This document shows positions 26,571 through 41,832 of a stretch of DNA of 64,000 nt, piece after piece; the stretch's first letter is position 1; every line of letters starts with the position of its first letter. Source of the DNA: Moniliella sp. 'wahieum' (lineage: Eukaryota); the NCBI GenBank assembly GCA_003971905.1, contig RSEE01000003.1:558001-622000 (forward strand), given 5' to 3'. Under the pieces are notes generated by a model. It was given only the letters and a program-made list of their open reading frames with translations. It ran no database searches and was not told the DNA's origin. The position numbers were made by a program, and so were the translations under genes.

Positions 26571-27637
26571 ACCGCGAGTTCCCTAGACCCATCCGCGAGG
26601 CTGGGCTTATTCGGCAACTGCAGTCCACGCGTCTGCGACTTCTTTTGTGCTAAAACGTGTTCGCGTCGACTCCTGACTCTACAGTGTCTTCACTTCTCTC
26701 CGCTACTGAGTACTGACACCGCACCGACTTCCTCCTTCTTTCATCTCCGTGCCTGTGTGTGCTCTCTTAATCAGATTATTGTCAGTGCCTAGCTCTTTTA
26801 GTCGGTAGGGGTGCCATCCCATTGATGAAACCTGGAGTCCGGATGGTCTCGAGGGTGATGCAATCGCACTAGTGGTGGTGGTGGTAATGGTCTAAGCCAA
26901 CCAGCAACGCCTACTGAGGAACACCAAGCAGCGAGTCGCCACCAGGGGCTAAGCTGCGGAACAAGGAAAAACAGGAGAGAGAAAAAACAACGGAACTCCT
27001 AGGCCTGAGGAGGAACTGAAGGGACATTGGCCAAATAAGCACGAGCCACCTGGCTCAACATCCATGGTGGTCATTTGACCACGGCACTACATTTAACCTT
27101 TACCGGTTGCCAACTTCACCACTCGGTTACAGTCCAGGCAACAAACGATCCGCCCAATTCAAATACATATATCAACACACGTTTGCAAACTGAAGACGAT
27201 TAGGGGTAAGGGTATGCCCAAAAGGGGACGGAGGACTACAGGTGTGATGCTGGAGAAGGTGCGGTTGATAGATCAGGAAAGGAGATGGATCACACCTTGA
27301 GGGACTTTGATAATGGGGGGGGGGGGCATATATAGCTGTTGCGTTCCGGAAGGTATAGTATACACAAGGAGATACGTGCTCGTTTCCCTTGGAAGAGGAA
27401 ACTGTATGCCTTTGCTCTATGTATAATAGTGTTGTTAAACCCACAGAAGAGGAGACAATATGATCACACGCGCCAAACGCTTCCTCAACTCCACCACTTA
27501 TACCATTATCCGACACGACATTGTATTCTGAACATCTTCTACGCGGCTACATTGCAGCATTCAGTTGTTCCGACGTAACGACGTCAACCGATTCAGCTCT
27601 GTTGAGGAAGTCAACCGGCCAAGGCACAGATGGCGGT

Positions 27638-27763
27638 GAGGGAGAAGGAGAGAAGGAGAAGGAGAGGAGAAGGAGAAGGAGAAGGAGAAGGAGAAGGAGA
27701 GAGGAGAGGAGAAGGAGAGGAGAAGGAGAAGGAGAAGGAGAAGGAGAAGGAGAGAAGAGGAAG
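27638..27763. repeat. Homopurine (GAAGGA)n-type microsatellite, ~125 bp
   Basis: Uninterrupted G/A tract dominated by GGAGAA hexamers. Confidence 0.95.
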
Positions 27764-30540
27764 TTCACCTGAACTCCTTCCAGTAGGCTCCTAGGAATTG
27801 GCCTCTTCCTGGGTTTAGAATAAGCTATGTGTGTGGATAGTGGCATCCGGTTACCCCGAAACGAGGAGCGGTTATATTCAACACGCCCGTCCCCTGTCAC
27901 AGCCAGTTCCTCACATCTCGCGCTTGGCGCACAACATTTCACTCTACTGTGCCAGTAACTCACTGGGCATGCCGAGAAAGACTACGCAACCAAAAGTGTG
28001 TTTTGCACATCACACCGTATCAAGAGACATGTTTCCAAGTCGGACCATTATGGGTAGAGGGCCGAGTCGTAACTCGACAGCACTCTCATCCTCCTTTCAT
28101 AATATTCGCACACCTCTCTTGAGATCGCTTCCAAGAGCTGATTATGGACATTTGCAAATTGCCCCGGACCATGATGGTTAGACAGTGAGGAGGAAGTGGG
28201 ATTTAGGTCACGTCGATCATACTGGACGAATAGTACGTCAGTGCTTTTGCAAAGCCGCCTAAGGCAGCATCTCGCGGTTCATGGGATCGGTTCTTTTGGC
28301 AGCCCAAATGACTTGCGGATGGTAAGGACTGTAGTGAGATATCAAAGCCTGTAGGTGGAAGGCGATGCATGATGGGAGGATTAAGCACACTAGTACGCGG
28401 AGAATGCAGTGTGGAGAAAGGAAGGCACAGACATGGCGGATGTAGCCCAAGTTGAAGGGGGTGTTGGCTGATGGTTGGAGGATGGTACGCTGTGCAGCGG
28501 CTGACCGTGAGCGGAATCGCGGCTTAAAGTTTGAATTCCATCCTGTGCTTTTGCGGCTTGGGTAGCCAAAGCGAGCGTCATCCATTTTGCATGATGAATG
28601 ATTAATGATGCATGATGCATGATGTTCGGCCAAAAGACGAGAGTACTGTTGTGCGTACTGCTGGTATTAGGCGCAGGTGATGCCATAAGAGATCAAGATC
28701 CACGAGCGGGGCGGGGGTAACATGTAACAGGTAAGGTAACTAGTACATAATAAGATGTAACCAAGTAGTTGGGGACCATCGACCAAGGGGCGAGATGCGG
28801 AAAGAACAGCAAGCTTGCACTGCTGTGGTGGTAGTTGTGGCAGCACACGTTGGATCAACGATAGTGCTGGGGTAAACCCTTGCTGACATAATCGACGACC
28901 AGGTGCAACGCCAGCAGCTTGAAACTGCTCCGACTTCTGGCGGAAGGTCGGATGGCTATGAGCTGAAGGCCACCATGTCCATCTCCATGTCCATGCGAGC
29001 GCTGCGAGCGATTCCGTCACGCTCCAGCCCACTTGCCCTGCGAAACATCTGCTCCTCTGCTCGACTTGGCGCTTCAGCCCTGAGGAGAGGCCAGAGGTTA
29101 AGTTCGATCTGCCCAAGTACGTCAATGAGCCAGGGGGTGCAGCGCATGTGCCCAAGGTGCGCCCCGTGTTGTGCGCGACATCCCCCCGATCCACAGTGAA
29201 AGCTCAAGTACGGGCTGATATTTGGTGGAATGTGCGCCTTCTGGGGCCTTTATACCCTCTACCTCCCAACCGTGAGTCACTACCTCTACAGGTTTCCGCT
29301 ACGCCGTCCGCTGTGTGCGGGACAACGAGCTGGCCAAACATGCCTTGGCGGTAACGTCCGCCTGGAACCGTCAATCGTGGGAGATCCTGGATCAGCGGCA
29401 CAGTATGTTAGCTTTCGTCTCCTTTTCCCAGTCGCTAACTAGCTGACACTGCGCTCCCCTCAGATCAACGTCTTGCAAGGCAAGATCGACATTTCCTTCC
29501 GCGTGGTGGGCGGCTTGCGTACGTCCAAATTTTCCTATTACTTTGGAGAGGAGCGACAGATGAATCAAGGTGGGGGAAGGTTACTTTACCTCTATCCGGC
29601 GCGAGAAAGTGCCAAGTTTGAGGTTATGCGCTTTGCCCTCGTTCCCGGATCGTAAGGGCAAGTCGGGAACACACTGGACGATACGACATGTCATCTCCCT
29701 CCTTGGACCAGATGGGATGATCTGGAGGATTGAAACATTTTCTCCATGCGACACTCGGCGGTGCACCATTTCTTTGTGTCTTTCACGCTAATTTTCAGAT
29801 GGAATGCGCCCCATGACACACTGTAGTTCTTGGGCTATTTGCGGGCGCTGGACTGGTTGACGGCGACTGTGTCAGTAAAGGAAGGTCGGAGGAGATTCGG
29901 GAAGATGTAAAGTAACAGTATTACTCTAGACCACTGCTTGTAAAATGAGAGTATCTGTTACTGTGCTTTCGGTTTGTGCAACAGCTGACGATAGACAATG
30001 CCACCGAAAAAGGACCCAGTTTACCAGTAGTCAACTGGCGTCGCGCGCTGCTGACCCTCGCATCGTACCTTCCGCGTTATCGGCATCTTGGGCCCATGTT
30101 CCCCTCGGCAAAGGGGGTGGAACCAAGGTCAAAAGAATAATCTCCCCTCCCTTCAATGCCCTACTACCTAAGTACCTGATCATTCACGTTAAGCAGGACG
30201 CGGCAGAGGCGGCGCCCCGCGGGGGTAGTACTGGTGCTGCCATGACGTTGTATTTCATCACCACCGTCCTGGCCACCAATTCATTCTCCCTTGATCTGAG
30301 CCATATAACCGGCCCAGTGTCGACACGATTGGTGCTTTCCACAGTCATTTGGTCTACACCCCGGGGGCAGTACGGTTATTTGGCCCTTGACTCCTGAATC
30401 GTGAGGAGGAAGCAAAAAGCAGTCTTGGCTTGAAAAAGGGCAACATTGACATATTGACATGGCACCGAAGTCTTCAATCGTACTATATTGCCTCCTAGTT
30501 CTAACGAAGGAGACAGACCTACGCTTAAGGTGTTTGGTCT

Positions 30541-33500
30541 TTATCTCTTTATAGTACCTCGCGATCCTATGGCCCCGCACAGGGCAAATGCTTGGACGCG
30601 GAGAATGACATTACGAAGATACCCTTCGACTGCTGTTTTTGGGCGGGGAGGTGCACTGAGTCCAGCCAAGACAGCGAGGGCGGGGCCATTGTCGTCTTTG
30701 ATACAAGTCTCCGTGTTGGTGCGGCTGGACCAAGCACGTTGGGTACGCAGGACCATAGCCTGCTGTGCGGCAAACTTGCGTCCTTCCTGTTCAAACCGCT
30801 CCCCACCAGATACACGCGACCGTTGGTGCGAGTCCCCCTAGTACACCTAGGAGCGTCTCCAAATCCTCCAGAACCCGTGAGCGAAGCGATGGTCTGCTCG
30901 TGTTCTTCCTGAACAGGGGCAGATGGTGCAGTGGGGGCGGAATTGGGAGGGGGTGAGAGCGCTTGGACGCGCGCTGCATATGACGTTTGACTGGGTAGTG
31001 GCCCAACGAAAACCCGGGTAGAAAGTAACACTGCCTCGATCATCTGCCGCGACTGGAGCAGGAGGGTAGTAGCTTGCTGGGCATTGTGAGGGGCAACAAG
31101 GACGCTGTTGGTAATCAAACTTGCTGTCAACAACTCCATTGTGCGGCGAGTGACCCGTGCCCGGGCATAAGCAGCCATCTGCGCTGGAAGCAACCCTGCC
31201 TGTGGGTCGGCTCCGGTGAAAGAGCCACGCTAAATTCCACGGTATTAGGAAGGCGGCTCGCCTGCTGATGCGTCTGGGGTCTCGGTACGATGCGTCGCAA
31301 TGAACAGAGGTGCTTCCTCTACTTGGGAGTGGAAGCAGGCTGGGTCCATACCAACTGCAAAAGGTATTCGTCCATCACTCCTTCTTCTGAGGGAGGGCAA
31401 CACTGCGGTAGACCCATCGAAATCCATCTCGAGTTCTAGAAGGATGTCCCGCTGGCTCCCATAGGGGAGTGGACCAAGGGTACTTCCACACCTTTCCCGT
31501 CCGCAGAGACGAAGTAGTGGCTGGAGGACTTGGGCTTGCGTGCGAGCACAGGCCGATGAGGGTCGAGCGTGATACGCAGCGTGACCTCAGTTAAGGCAGT
31601 AGAGATAAGCGAGCCGACACATCCGGAGAGCACAATCCGTAGCTCTGAGGCACGACGGAGGTAGGTATAGCTCCCTTTGGTTTGGGAAGCAATCAACCAC
31701 AGCGAACTGGGGTCATGTTTCGCCCCCGGCCGAAGGTGTGGACCCTAGCTCCCGTTGCCTCAGCTCGCTGAGAAAAGAGATCCATCTCGCCTCTTTTGGG
31801 CCCGATAGGGGAATCGTCCACTATTAGCAGAGCCGAGATGGGATTTTGCTCTTGCGTTGGAGCAGGACATCAACACCCACATTTCCCCACTGGCAAGGTC
31901 GACATATTCGCTCATACCGGGGAACTGAGAGAGATCCTCCACAAAGTCCCCCATCGAAGACGCGTCGTGGGCCTGAGAAAGCAAATCGAGGAACTGTGCA
32001 AGCGTATCGTGTGAGTGAGGGAGAGAAGGACGAAGAAGCTGTGTCTTGGCGACGAAACCCCCATCTTGCTTGTGCGCTGCACGGTAGGCCACAATACTGA
32101 TCCGCCCTTTGTCCCCCACTGCGTCGAGCAGGAAGAGCAAGCTAGAACGAAGTAGGGTGAGCTTGATTGCATCAGAGGGGGGCATTCCTTCTCTCGGTAT
32201 GGGGGGATGGGAACCACGAGAACCAAATCGAGAGCCACGGGGGGTAGAGTTTTGGGGTGGGATCCCCAGGAAGTGCCTCAGAACCATCGAATCCAAATCG
32301 GTCCAGAGCATCGACTTTACAAGGAATCGGGGGGAGGGCCCCCTGCGGACTGGGGATCGGGGAAGGTCGTGGAGTTGTGCCGGAACGAGGGGTAAATTGT
32401 CGACTCTTTGTCGAATCAGGCGAGGCGACCTCATCTTCAGGGGCGATGCTCTTGGGAATGGAGGACGATGAAATATCTGACCTTGGGGACCTCACTGACG
32501 GGGCCTCCTCCATTCGACCACTCAAATCCATGTCAAGCGGGAGAGAAACTTTGGCCTCGGGGTGGTGAATGTTATGGATCAGCCCTTCAATTCGATCTTT
32601 CCATAGCTCAGCTTGTCGTTCCGAGTGAAAGACCAAGATAAAGTCAGGGAGCTTCTCATCGATCATCTTGATGCTCAGTGCAGCCTCTGCCGAAGATGAG
32701 GCCACGACTGCCCGATATGGCGCAAGTAAATTCTTCCCTTGAGCTTGAGAGCTGAAGGTGCACTTCGGATCACCTTACTCCGGCCATCATCTGAGGAGTT
32801 CGAGTAGGGTATACTGAGGTACCGACTCACATGTTTTCTCTTATCTTCCAACGTGCAGAGCAGAGCCTCCTCCAAAAGATATACTCCAAACTGGCGCGCC
32901 GTCTTGCCCTGAACGACGGAAATCGAATCGAAGTACTGCAACCCGCCAAATGTTCGAGCTGGTGGCCTTTCCAGTCAAGGATACGATCGTTTAGATCAGC
33001 TGTTACTTCGGCGCGGCGAGAATCAGGTGTTTGCAAGGGGGGATACTGGCCCTTCTTCGGGAAGGTCGTATAGTCGTTTCCCTTCCGTGGGCGCGTCGCT
33101 GGACACCGTCATGGATCGGATTCGGCTTGAGGTACTCCCTGACCGGGGCAGACTTGGCAGGCTCACCGGCTGTTGCGTCGAAGGAGTTTCCTCCCACCCA
33201 ATCCGTAGTCACTGTACGATCGGCGCCCGGGAATGGACACAGTGATCAAAACGTTGAGAAGTTGCATGTTCCCTGCATTGGCCGCCTTGCGGTAAACCGG
33301 GGAGAAGTCACTGATTGCCTCTATGCGAGGCTGAGCCATCGGCCCAGTCTCCCGCCCAGAATCGGCCTTGTCATCCCCGTTCGAATCTGAGAGAGGGTTG
33401 CTGTCCGAAATTGAGGGCCGTCCCGCCCCCAAGCCGAGCCAATTATTGCCGTAGTCTTGCTTCCCACTCTGTCTCCGGTAAGCAAAATCTGTTTACGGCA

Positions 33501-34188
33501 GACTTGGCAGATCATCTCCTCGTGAGAGGTACGACGCAACGGGCCAACCCTCTCCTCTCTCTCTTTGCGGAAAGTACAGCTTTAGGGTCGCCGTACATGG
33601 CAGTAAAGCACTCGTGGTGCATGGCATGTGCGCATATCGGAACCACATGTGGCCGTTCACCATTCAACCGGAGCGATAAAGGCTCGAGGCAGATGGGACA
33701 TTCGGGCTCATCGTTCACGTCGAGTACGCTTTGGGTAGGAACGGGTGGGGACATGTGGCGGGTCAATGAAGCCTGGGAAGAAGCAGGAGTGGAGCGCTCG
33801 TCCACATGTGGTCAGAGCTCAGGCTGCCCCGTGAGAAGGGGGGCGCGGGCTGGTACTTGAGAGCGGTACTGATGGCGCTGATGCGACGTTCTTGTCTTTC
33901 CTTGACAAGAAGCTTGAAAACCGCCCAGATCGCTTGGGAGGCGGTGCCGACGCTGGGGGGGACAGGCCCGCCATCCCGGCTGTTGCCGATGGGGGCCCAT
34001 TGGCCGAAGAAGGATGGTAGATGCCTGGAGAATGGTTAGGGGAACCAATCGTGACGAAACGGTGCACGAGAGGCCGACGTACCTCCTTCCTCAAACTCCC
34101 AAGGGGTGACTTCGGCAGCGTAAGCCTGGGCTTCTGCCTCGGCAGAAGATGCACTGGGTGGAGGTTGGCCTGATGGGCGACGCAACAT
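30541..34188 (-). CDS. RING finger + PH + von Willebrand A domain protein, Far1/Ste5-like scaffold architecture
   Basis: RING 'ECPICLEPLSLRLNGERPHVVPICAHAMHHECF'; PH 'DLNDRILDWKGH...FGVYLLEEALLC...LKLKGRIYLRHI'; vWA 'LDLVLVVPIP...IKLTLLRSSLLFLLDAVGDKGRISIVAY'; ATG at 34188 with an early GT-AG intron; many indels. Confidence 0.75.
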
Positions 34189-34439
34189 GCCCGGAATAAG
34201 GAGGGGATGTGGAGGTAGAGGGGGGGTGGTGGTGGTAGTGGCCTGCTGTTCTGGATGCTGGCCGCGGCACTGGAGCGGCTGACCGACGCACCGAAGAGCC
34301 AGCCACTAAGGTTATAACCCCCCCCCCCAGCCACATCCCTCGCGCCACAGACCATGCAGTACTCAGCCCCCGTGCCCAGCCCATCTATTGCGGCTGAAAC
34401 GACACAAAAGGGTCCCCGAGCAGCTGCCCACAGCAAAAC

Positions 34440-35715
34440 TGTCATTAACGTTTAACGTTTAACGTTTAACTAAACTGGCACAGATCTACTCGATCGATCA
34501 CTGATCGGATCAATGGTCGATGATCGATGATCGATTATCGAATATCGACGATTACCGGTTACCGATTGCCGGATTACCAGCATCGTTATATCGCCATCGG
34601 TTCATGACATTCATGCAGTTCATGTTTCTCGACATACCGTCCTTCGAGCTTCGAGCTTCAAGCTTCAAGCTTCAAGAAGCTTCATCAGCTTCATCGATCA
34701 TCGATCATCGAACCCGACCATCTATTCGCTACTCGTACCTACGGTCGATCTCAGGCAGCTGGTTCTCACTCGACCTTTCTAGTATACCTGATGCATGATT
34801 CATGGTCGTGATGCATGACGGCAGCCCGCCACCAGCACACAAGCCGCCCAGCATGTTTCCAATTACTACCCGAAAGGCGTTTACGGATATCCCGTTCAGA
34901 GTTCAGATCAGAAATGGCCACACGTGCTCACATCTCTTTCACTTACGACCAGCTTGGACTACCGAAAGCCCCTTTTCGCCACTGAAAACAGCCTGTACGT
35001 TTCTGCGAGGAACGCCTCCCCGAGATCTAATATTGAGTAGCGCTGAGCCTCAGCTCAGTCTGCGTGCGCTTTGGCAGTTCTGAACGTTGAACGTTGAACT
35101 CGATGATGTCGACGTGCACGCCCCTTGAGGAAATTCTAACCAGACAGCAGGCGTAGGCTGTGTGGCGTAGCCACAGAGGACTCAAGCTCAAACTGAGGAG
35201 GCGCCCAGTTTGAGCCTCAGCCAGCTGAGCCACTGTGGAAGTAACCAGAGGTCCAGGGTTGGGAGCATTTCATCATGGGCATCATATGATGGCACGGCTT
35301 TCGTTCCCCGAAAGCAAGCGACAGCCGCCACCCTTGGCTATCCCGATAAAAGGGGGATTTGACTGTTTGTGGCAGATATGCGGGCGAGACGAGCAAGGGC
35401 AAAGTACTATAATGACCGCGGAAACTGATGTGCATGCATCTACTGCTACCGTCTGAGATTGAAAGAACGTGCGGAGTGCAGTGACTAGGGAGGGACGCGT
35501 GACCATGGTATTTCGGTGCTCATATTCATAAGATCTAAGACAGCATCAGTCTAGAGGCCGGATACGATGTTGCCACACAAGATGACTGAGTACTTCGAGT
35601 ACTAGCTGTACTGCCTACTGATATATGATACTGAGTACTGACCACTGACCGCTGACTACTGACTACTGCGACTTGGCATGTCTCTAGTCACTAGTCACTA
35701 GTCACTAGTCACTGG
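34440..35715. repeat. TNA/4-bp-palindrome islands between the Far1/Ste5-like gene start and the actin 3' end
   Basis: (GTTTAAC)x3 at 34450-34470; (agct-tca)x3 at 34654-34674; tga-acgt-tga-acgt-tga at 35081; tga-tata-tga at 35619; (AGTCACT)x4 at 35686-35713. Confidence 0.85.
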
Positions 35716-36158
35716 CGAAGCCCACAGACTCCGAAGGCTGATATGGCGTGGGCTTGGCAAAATGTAAGCCAGGGGCTTTCAACCGTATTACTATCTTCTA
35801 GCTCTCTCCTCCAGCTTTCTGCCACCAACGCCCATCTTTCACCCGCTATCATAATATCGATCGGCTCCGCTACTTTCCCTATACTTCAGCATCCATTGCA
35901 ATCCCCTGGCCGCGTGGCTCAGGACGTCGCTAAAATGAAAAGAGTTCAGTAGGGGCAATTCAATTGGGCTCGCGCGCATTGAGTCGATGCCAAATTGTTA
36001 CAGACTATGCAAGCAAGAAGCCAACCACAGGGGAAACGAGCATATTTTTGTATAGTAAGCAGCTGGACAGTTACACACCCACACAGCAGAAAAGGCAAGG
36101 AAGAACAACGGGAAGAAAGTGCTCCGATGGGATAGGAGGTGACGCAGAAGTCCCAAGT

Positions 36159-37550
<1,392 letters not shown>

Positions 37551-39501
37551 TTACGTGGCGCCCCCCGCGCAGCACGGGGGCAGTGGGGCACGTTTGGGTT
37601 AGGTAATCCGGGGCTGGGTCGCCGATTGCTGGGGGTTTCTGGCGGCGCGCACCCACTTGGGCTCCTGCAGCTGCTCGCGGTAGAATGAGCTCAATGCAGC
37701 GGGCTCGCCTCACGATACGACGAATGAAACCAAGGAGCCACGAAGGAGCCTCTCCCATAGCCTGCCTACTTCGCAAACCCCCGCCGAAACGGGGTATCTT
37801 CACCTCGATACACGATCATCGATCAAGAGTGGGCCTGCGCCATAATAAGAGCCTCTCGTCTTCTGGGTGAAACAATACATGTGATGGCGGAAGAGTCCTG
37901 CGACCTTAGTTTTGCCCTCCTTTTTTGGCACTTCTTTTATCGACAGAGCCTCCACCTTCGCCTCTTCGATGTACCGTCTGTCTGATATGTATTCCAGTGG
38001 TCTGTGTTTTCTCGGCGTGGGTCGCAGTGGTCATACTAAAAAAGAGTTACGATGAAGACGTCATCCTGTACTCTCAGGTATTTTGTTCGGCTGACACCCC
38101 GGGCCCCGAAATCAAAGCTTCTGGGTGCTCAAGCTCAAGTCTCGAGTGCAGAGGCTGAGCATGCATTCCCGGAGACCGTTTCTAGTCGTTGAGCATGGTC
38201 CATCACACTAGTTTCACAGCCTCTTCCGGACCGTCAAATGGGTGTGTTTTTGAGGTCGGGCGTGGCTCTGCTATTGTGCGAGGAGAATGTTAATGACCAC
38301 AGAGATCATATTCGGCTGAGAGGCTGAATGTGTGTGTGCCCGAAGTAATAGATAGGTGGTCTACATGTGTCGCTCAGGGATATATAAGCGTGCCGTAGTG
38401 CCAAAATCCGCATGAACTATTAGATATCACCAATTAAGTATAGGGGTATTGCAGAGACTGTGTGATGAGGCATGTTATGCGACGGAGGTTGTGAATTGAG
38501 GCCATCAACAGAACCCGGTGGGTCCCTGCTAACTCTGTTGAACAGAGCATGTTATTTCAGACAGTGGATGAGTGGCGGGATCGATGTTTCGTTCTAGAGA
38601 GCACCGAGAGAGAAGACCGCGGGAAGAGAGTTGACAGTGACAAAATGAACAGCTCGCACGCATATGCATGACATGTCATGCATGTCATGACAGTTCTGTC
38701 GAACAGATCCAGCTGATGCAGAGGTAGTTAGTACCGTTAATCGCGTTAATGACGCGTGCGAGCATCTTCGGAAATGTGGTGAGATAAGAAATCCGCCGAT
38801 CAGAGGTTATTTTTTTCGTTGTTATGAGGATGCGCGGGCGCAGTTTGCTGCCCAGCGGTGCTCCAGCAGCATCCCCAGTACTACGATGGGCGAACGAAAC
38901 GGAGGGAATGATTAATGAAGGCGCCAGAATAAGGGGAGACAAGGCGAAGACTGGCTGAAGGGGCCGGTGAGCGGCTGATCGCAGGCTGAATAGGCGCTGA
39001 ATATGAATAGCTTTAGTTGAACGTTGAACTTGAACGCAACGGTGCAGGCTGTAGCGCGCCGAGCGGGCTGGCTCAGGCGCCCAGGCTGAGCGCACCACAA
39101 AAGAGAGCCTGCCGGATGTACCAGTGACGCCCAGGGGCACGGCCGTGGGGCAGTGTGCGGGGCAGATCGGCGCAACCAGGCAGCGGCGCAGGGGGGCTGC
39201 CATGGCTGTGTGCGCGGCCGCTGGCCGTGATTAACTATTGCGCCACAGGCAGCTCCGCAGCGAAGCTTCACCTCGAGGCCCACGAGCACCAGCACGAGTC
39301 GCTTCCATCTACGCCGCCTCCTGTGCTCCATCGTCTCCCGCAGCCACCCCAGACCACACCTCGGATGCACTAGGCTGCGCCCGCCACCACGCCCATCAGT
39401 CCCGCGCCGTTTCCTGTTCCCCGCGCTCCTCTCTCTGCCCCTTCGTCTTCGTCTTCGCTGTGCTGTGTGCTCTGCATCGTTTACCCCCCACCCCAGCCGC
39501 C

Positions 39502-41388
39502 ATGCAGCCGTTTGCCCCCGCCAATTTCCCCCCTCCCCCCACCCACAACACGGACGACTACCTGTCACCCCATGAGCCCGGGCAACTCCCCGCACAGCAG
39601 GCCCAGCGCCCTCTCCTGCTGGTCTCGGCATTTATCCCCCTATCCTCAACCCAGCCGGCATGTACCCTCCCCCTGTGGCCTCTGCGCCGCAGGCCGAGTC
39701 CCCCATCACTCCCAGTCGTATGTGTCCCCCTAGCGTAGCATGCAACACAGCAAGGGTGCTGACCAGACACATCCTCTTCCTCACCGCCCAGCATATGGCG
39801 TGCTGCCACCTGCCCCTGGCTATGGTCAGGCCGGGTACCTCACTCCTGCCCAAGGATATGGTTTCATTGGCACCCCCCCGCTCGGTAGTCCATATGGACT
39901 AAATATGCCCGTTATGGGGTCCCCTTACGTCAACAGCCCTGGTGGCTCCAACGCGCCCGGCCGCACCGTGTACGTAGGTGACCTCCCTCCGTCGGCGTCG
40001 GTGGAGGAGCTGCTGAACCTGGTCAAGTTTGGTCCGGTCGAGAATGTCCGCATCCTGCCCGAGAAGGCGTGTGCGTTCATTTCGTTCCTTGAACCCGCCA
40101 TGGCTGCGGCGTTTCATGCGGATGCCTGTGTCAAGCGCCTCTCGCTCCACTCGTCGGAGCTCAAGATTGGCTGGGGCAAAATTCGCCCGTCCCCCGGCAG
40201 TGGCCCAGGCGGTACAACAGAGCAGCGCGACACGCAATGTGTATCTCGGCAATATGGAGGGATGGACCGAGGATGCACTGCGGAAGGAGCTCAGTCGGTT
40301 TGGGATGATTGACCAGGTCAAGGTAGTCCAGGACCGCAACATTGCCTTTGTCCACTTCGTCTCCATTGCGACAGCCATGAAAGTCGTTGCTGTGTTGCCG
40401 CTTGAGCCTGGTTGGGGAGACAAACGTGTCAACTATGGCAAAGACCGGTGCGCCTACATCCCCAAGAGTCAACAGCAAAACCAAGCTCACAACCATCAGG
40501 CCGCAGTTATGGGGTTCGCCGCTGCCGCTTCATTGGGCTACTCGGCTTCCCTGAGCCCCCTTCCGTATGATGACAACGAGACTCGCCCGCCAGTGCTGCT
40601 GCCGCAAGTGCTGCTGCCGCGCTCTCTCAGATGGGCAACCGTACCGTCTACCTGGGCAACATCAATTCGGAAACGACCACCGAAGAGATCTGTAACCATG
40701 TTCGCGGCGGCCTGCTACAGACCATTCGCTACCTTCCCGAAAAACACATTGCGTTCGTTACCTTTATTGATCCCCATGCCGCCCTGGCCTTCTTTCACAT
40801 GGCGTCCTTCTCGGGCGTCATGATCCACAATCGGCGGCTCAAGATTGGGTGGGGGAAGCACTCGGGCCCTCTTTCGCCTGCAATTGCTGTAGCGGTGCAA
40901 GCTGGGGGCTCACGCAATGTCTATGTCGGCAACATCACCGACCCTGCCCTCCACACGGAGGAGAACTCCGCCGCGACTTTGGCGACTTTGGCGAGATTGA
41001 GCAGGTCAATTTCCTCCGCGAGAAGAATTGTGTAGGTACTGATACTTTTGCGCTAGCTTGGGGGAACACGGGGTGACCCCGATCGATAGACTGACTTTTA
41101 CGGAACCAACAGGCCTTTGTCAACTTCTGCAACATTCAGAACGCCATCAAGGCCATTGCGGCAATGAAGAACCATCCCGATTACGAGACGGTCAAGGTTA
41201 GTTTTGGCAAGGACCGGTGCGGTAGCCCGCGCGGAGTGTGTTGCAGCGCGTCCAAGCCAATCTTAACCCCGAGTCTCGTATTGCAGCACCTGCATCAGCG
41301 GGTACGGGCCCGGCCTCGTCCGAGGTCCTCTCCGCCACAGGCCCCGTCTGCGTCGTCAGACGGACCAACGGGTGGGGCGGCCACCTAG
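39502..41388 (+). CDS. Four-RRM RNA-binding protein, Mrn1 / S. pombe Nrd1-like
   Basis: 'RTVYVGDLP...[26 protein letters not shown]...LKIGWGK', 'RNVYLGN...IAFVHF...VNYGKDRC', '[10 protein letters not shown]...[28 protein letters not shown]', 'SRNVYVGNI...[14 protein letters not shown]...SFGKDRC'. Confidence 0.88.
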
Positions 41389-41832
41389 GCTTCTGCTTTC
41401 AAAGCCCACCAGCGTCGCGGGGGCAGAGCGTATACCCCATCGACTTGTCTTGCTTGGCAGAATCAAGACACGAATGCATGCACTACCTTGGATCCCAGGC
41501 GAAGAGGAAAGGACAAAAGCGATTGCCAGTGGACTACTTAGTACTTAATGTCGACATATGCCATTTATCTTCCTCGACTTGCTTCACATCTTTCAAAGCC
41601 ATCAATATATAAAGCACCAACAGAAGGATAAACAAAATTCGCATCAATTCGAGCAAAGGCACTCAATTGGTTTACACTGGAGGCAATAGAAGAGTATAGG
41701 TTTGGCGAGTATAACGGAACTGTGAAAATGGCATGAAAAGAAGAATAAAAAACGTAAAGCAACGCAATGGAGGCAATGCACCCATTGTTGGTCACAATCG
41801 GCGGGCACAGGGGGCAGGAACAGTTCAGGCGA

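Noticed and set aside
27339..27578. 'VLLNPQKRRQYD' resembling the end of a DnaJ J-domain
   Set aside because: No HPD motif or upstream helices could be found; the match is too short to support a gene or pseudogene call.
27521..27963. ORFs with poly-Arg/Glu or poly-Leu/Ser-Pro tracts
   Set aside because: These are translations of the GA microsatellite with no other sign of coding.
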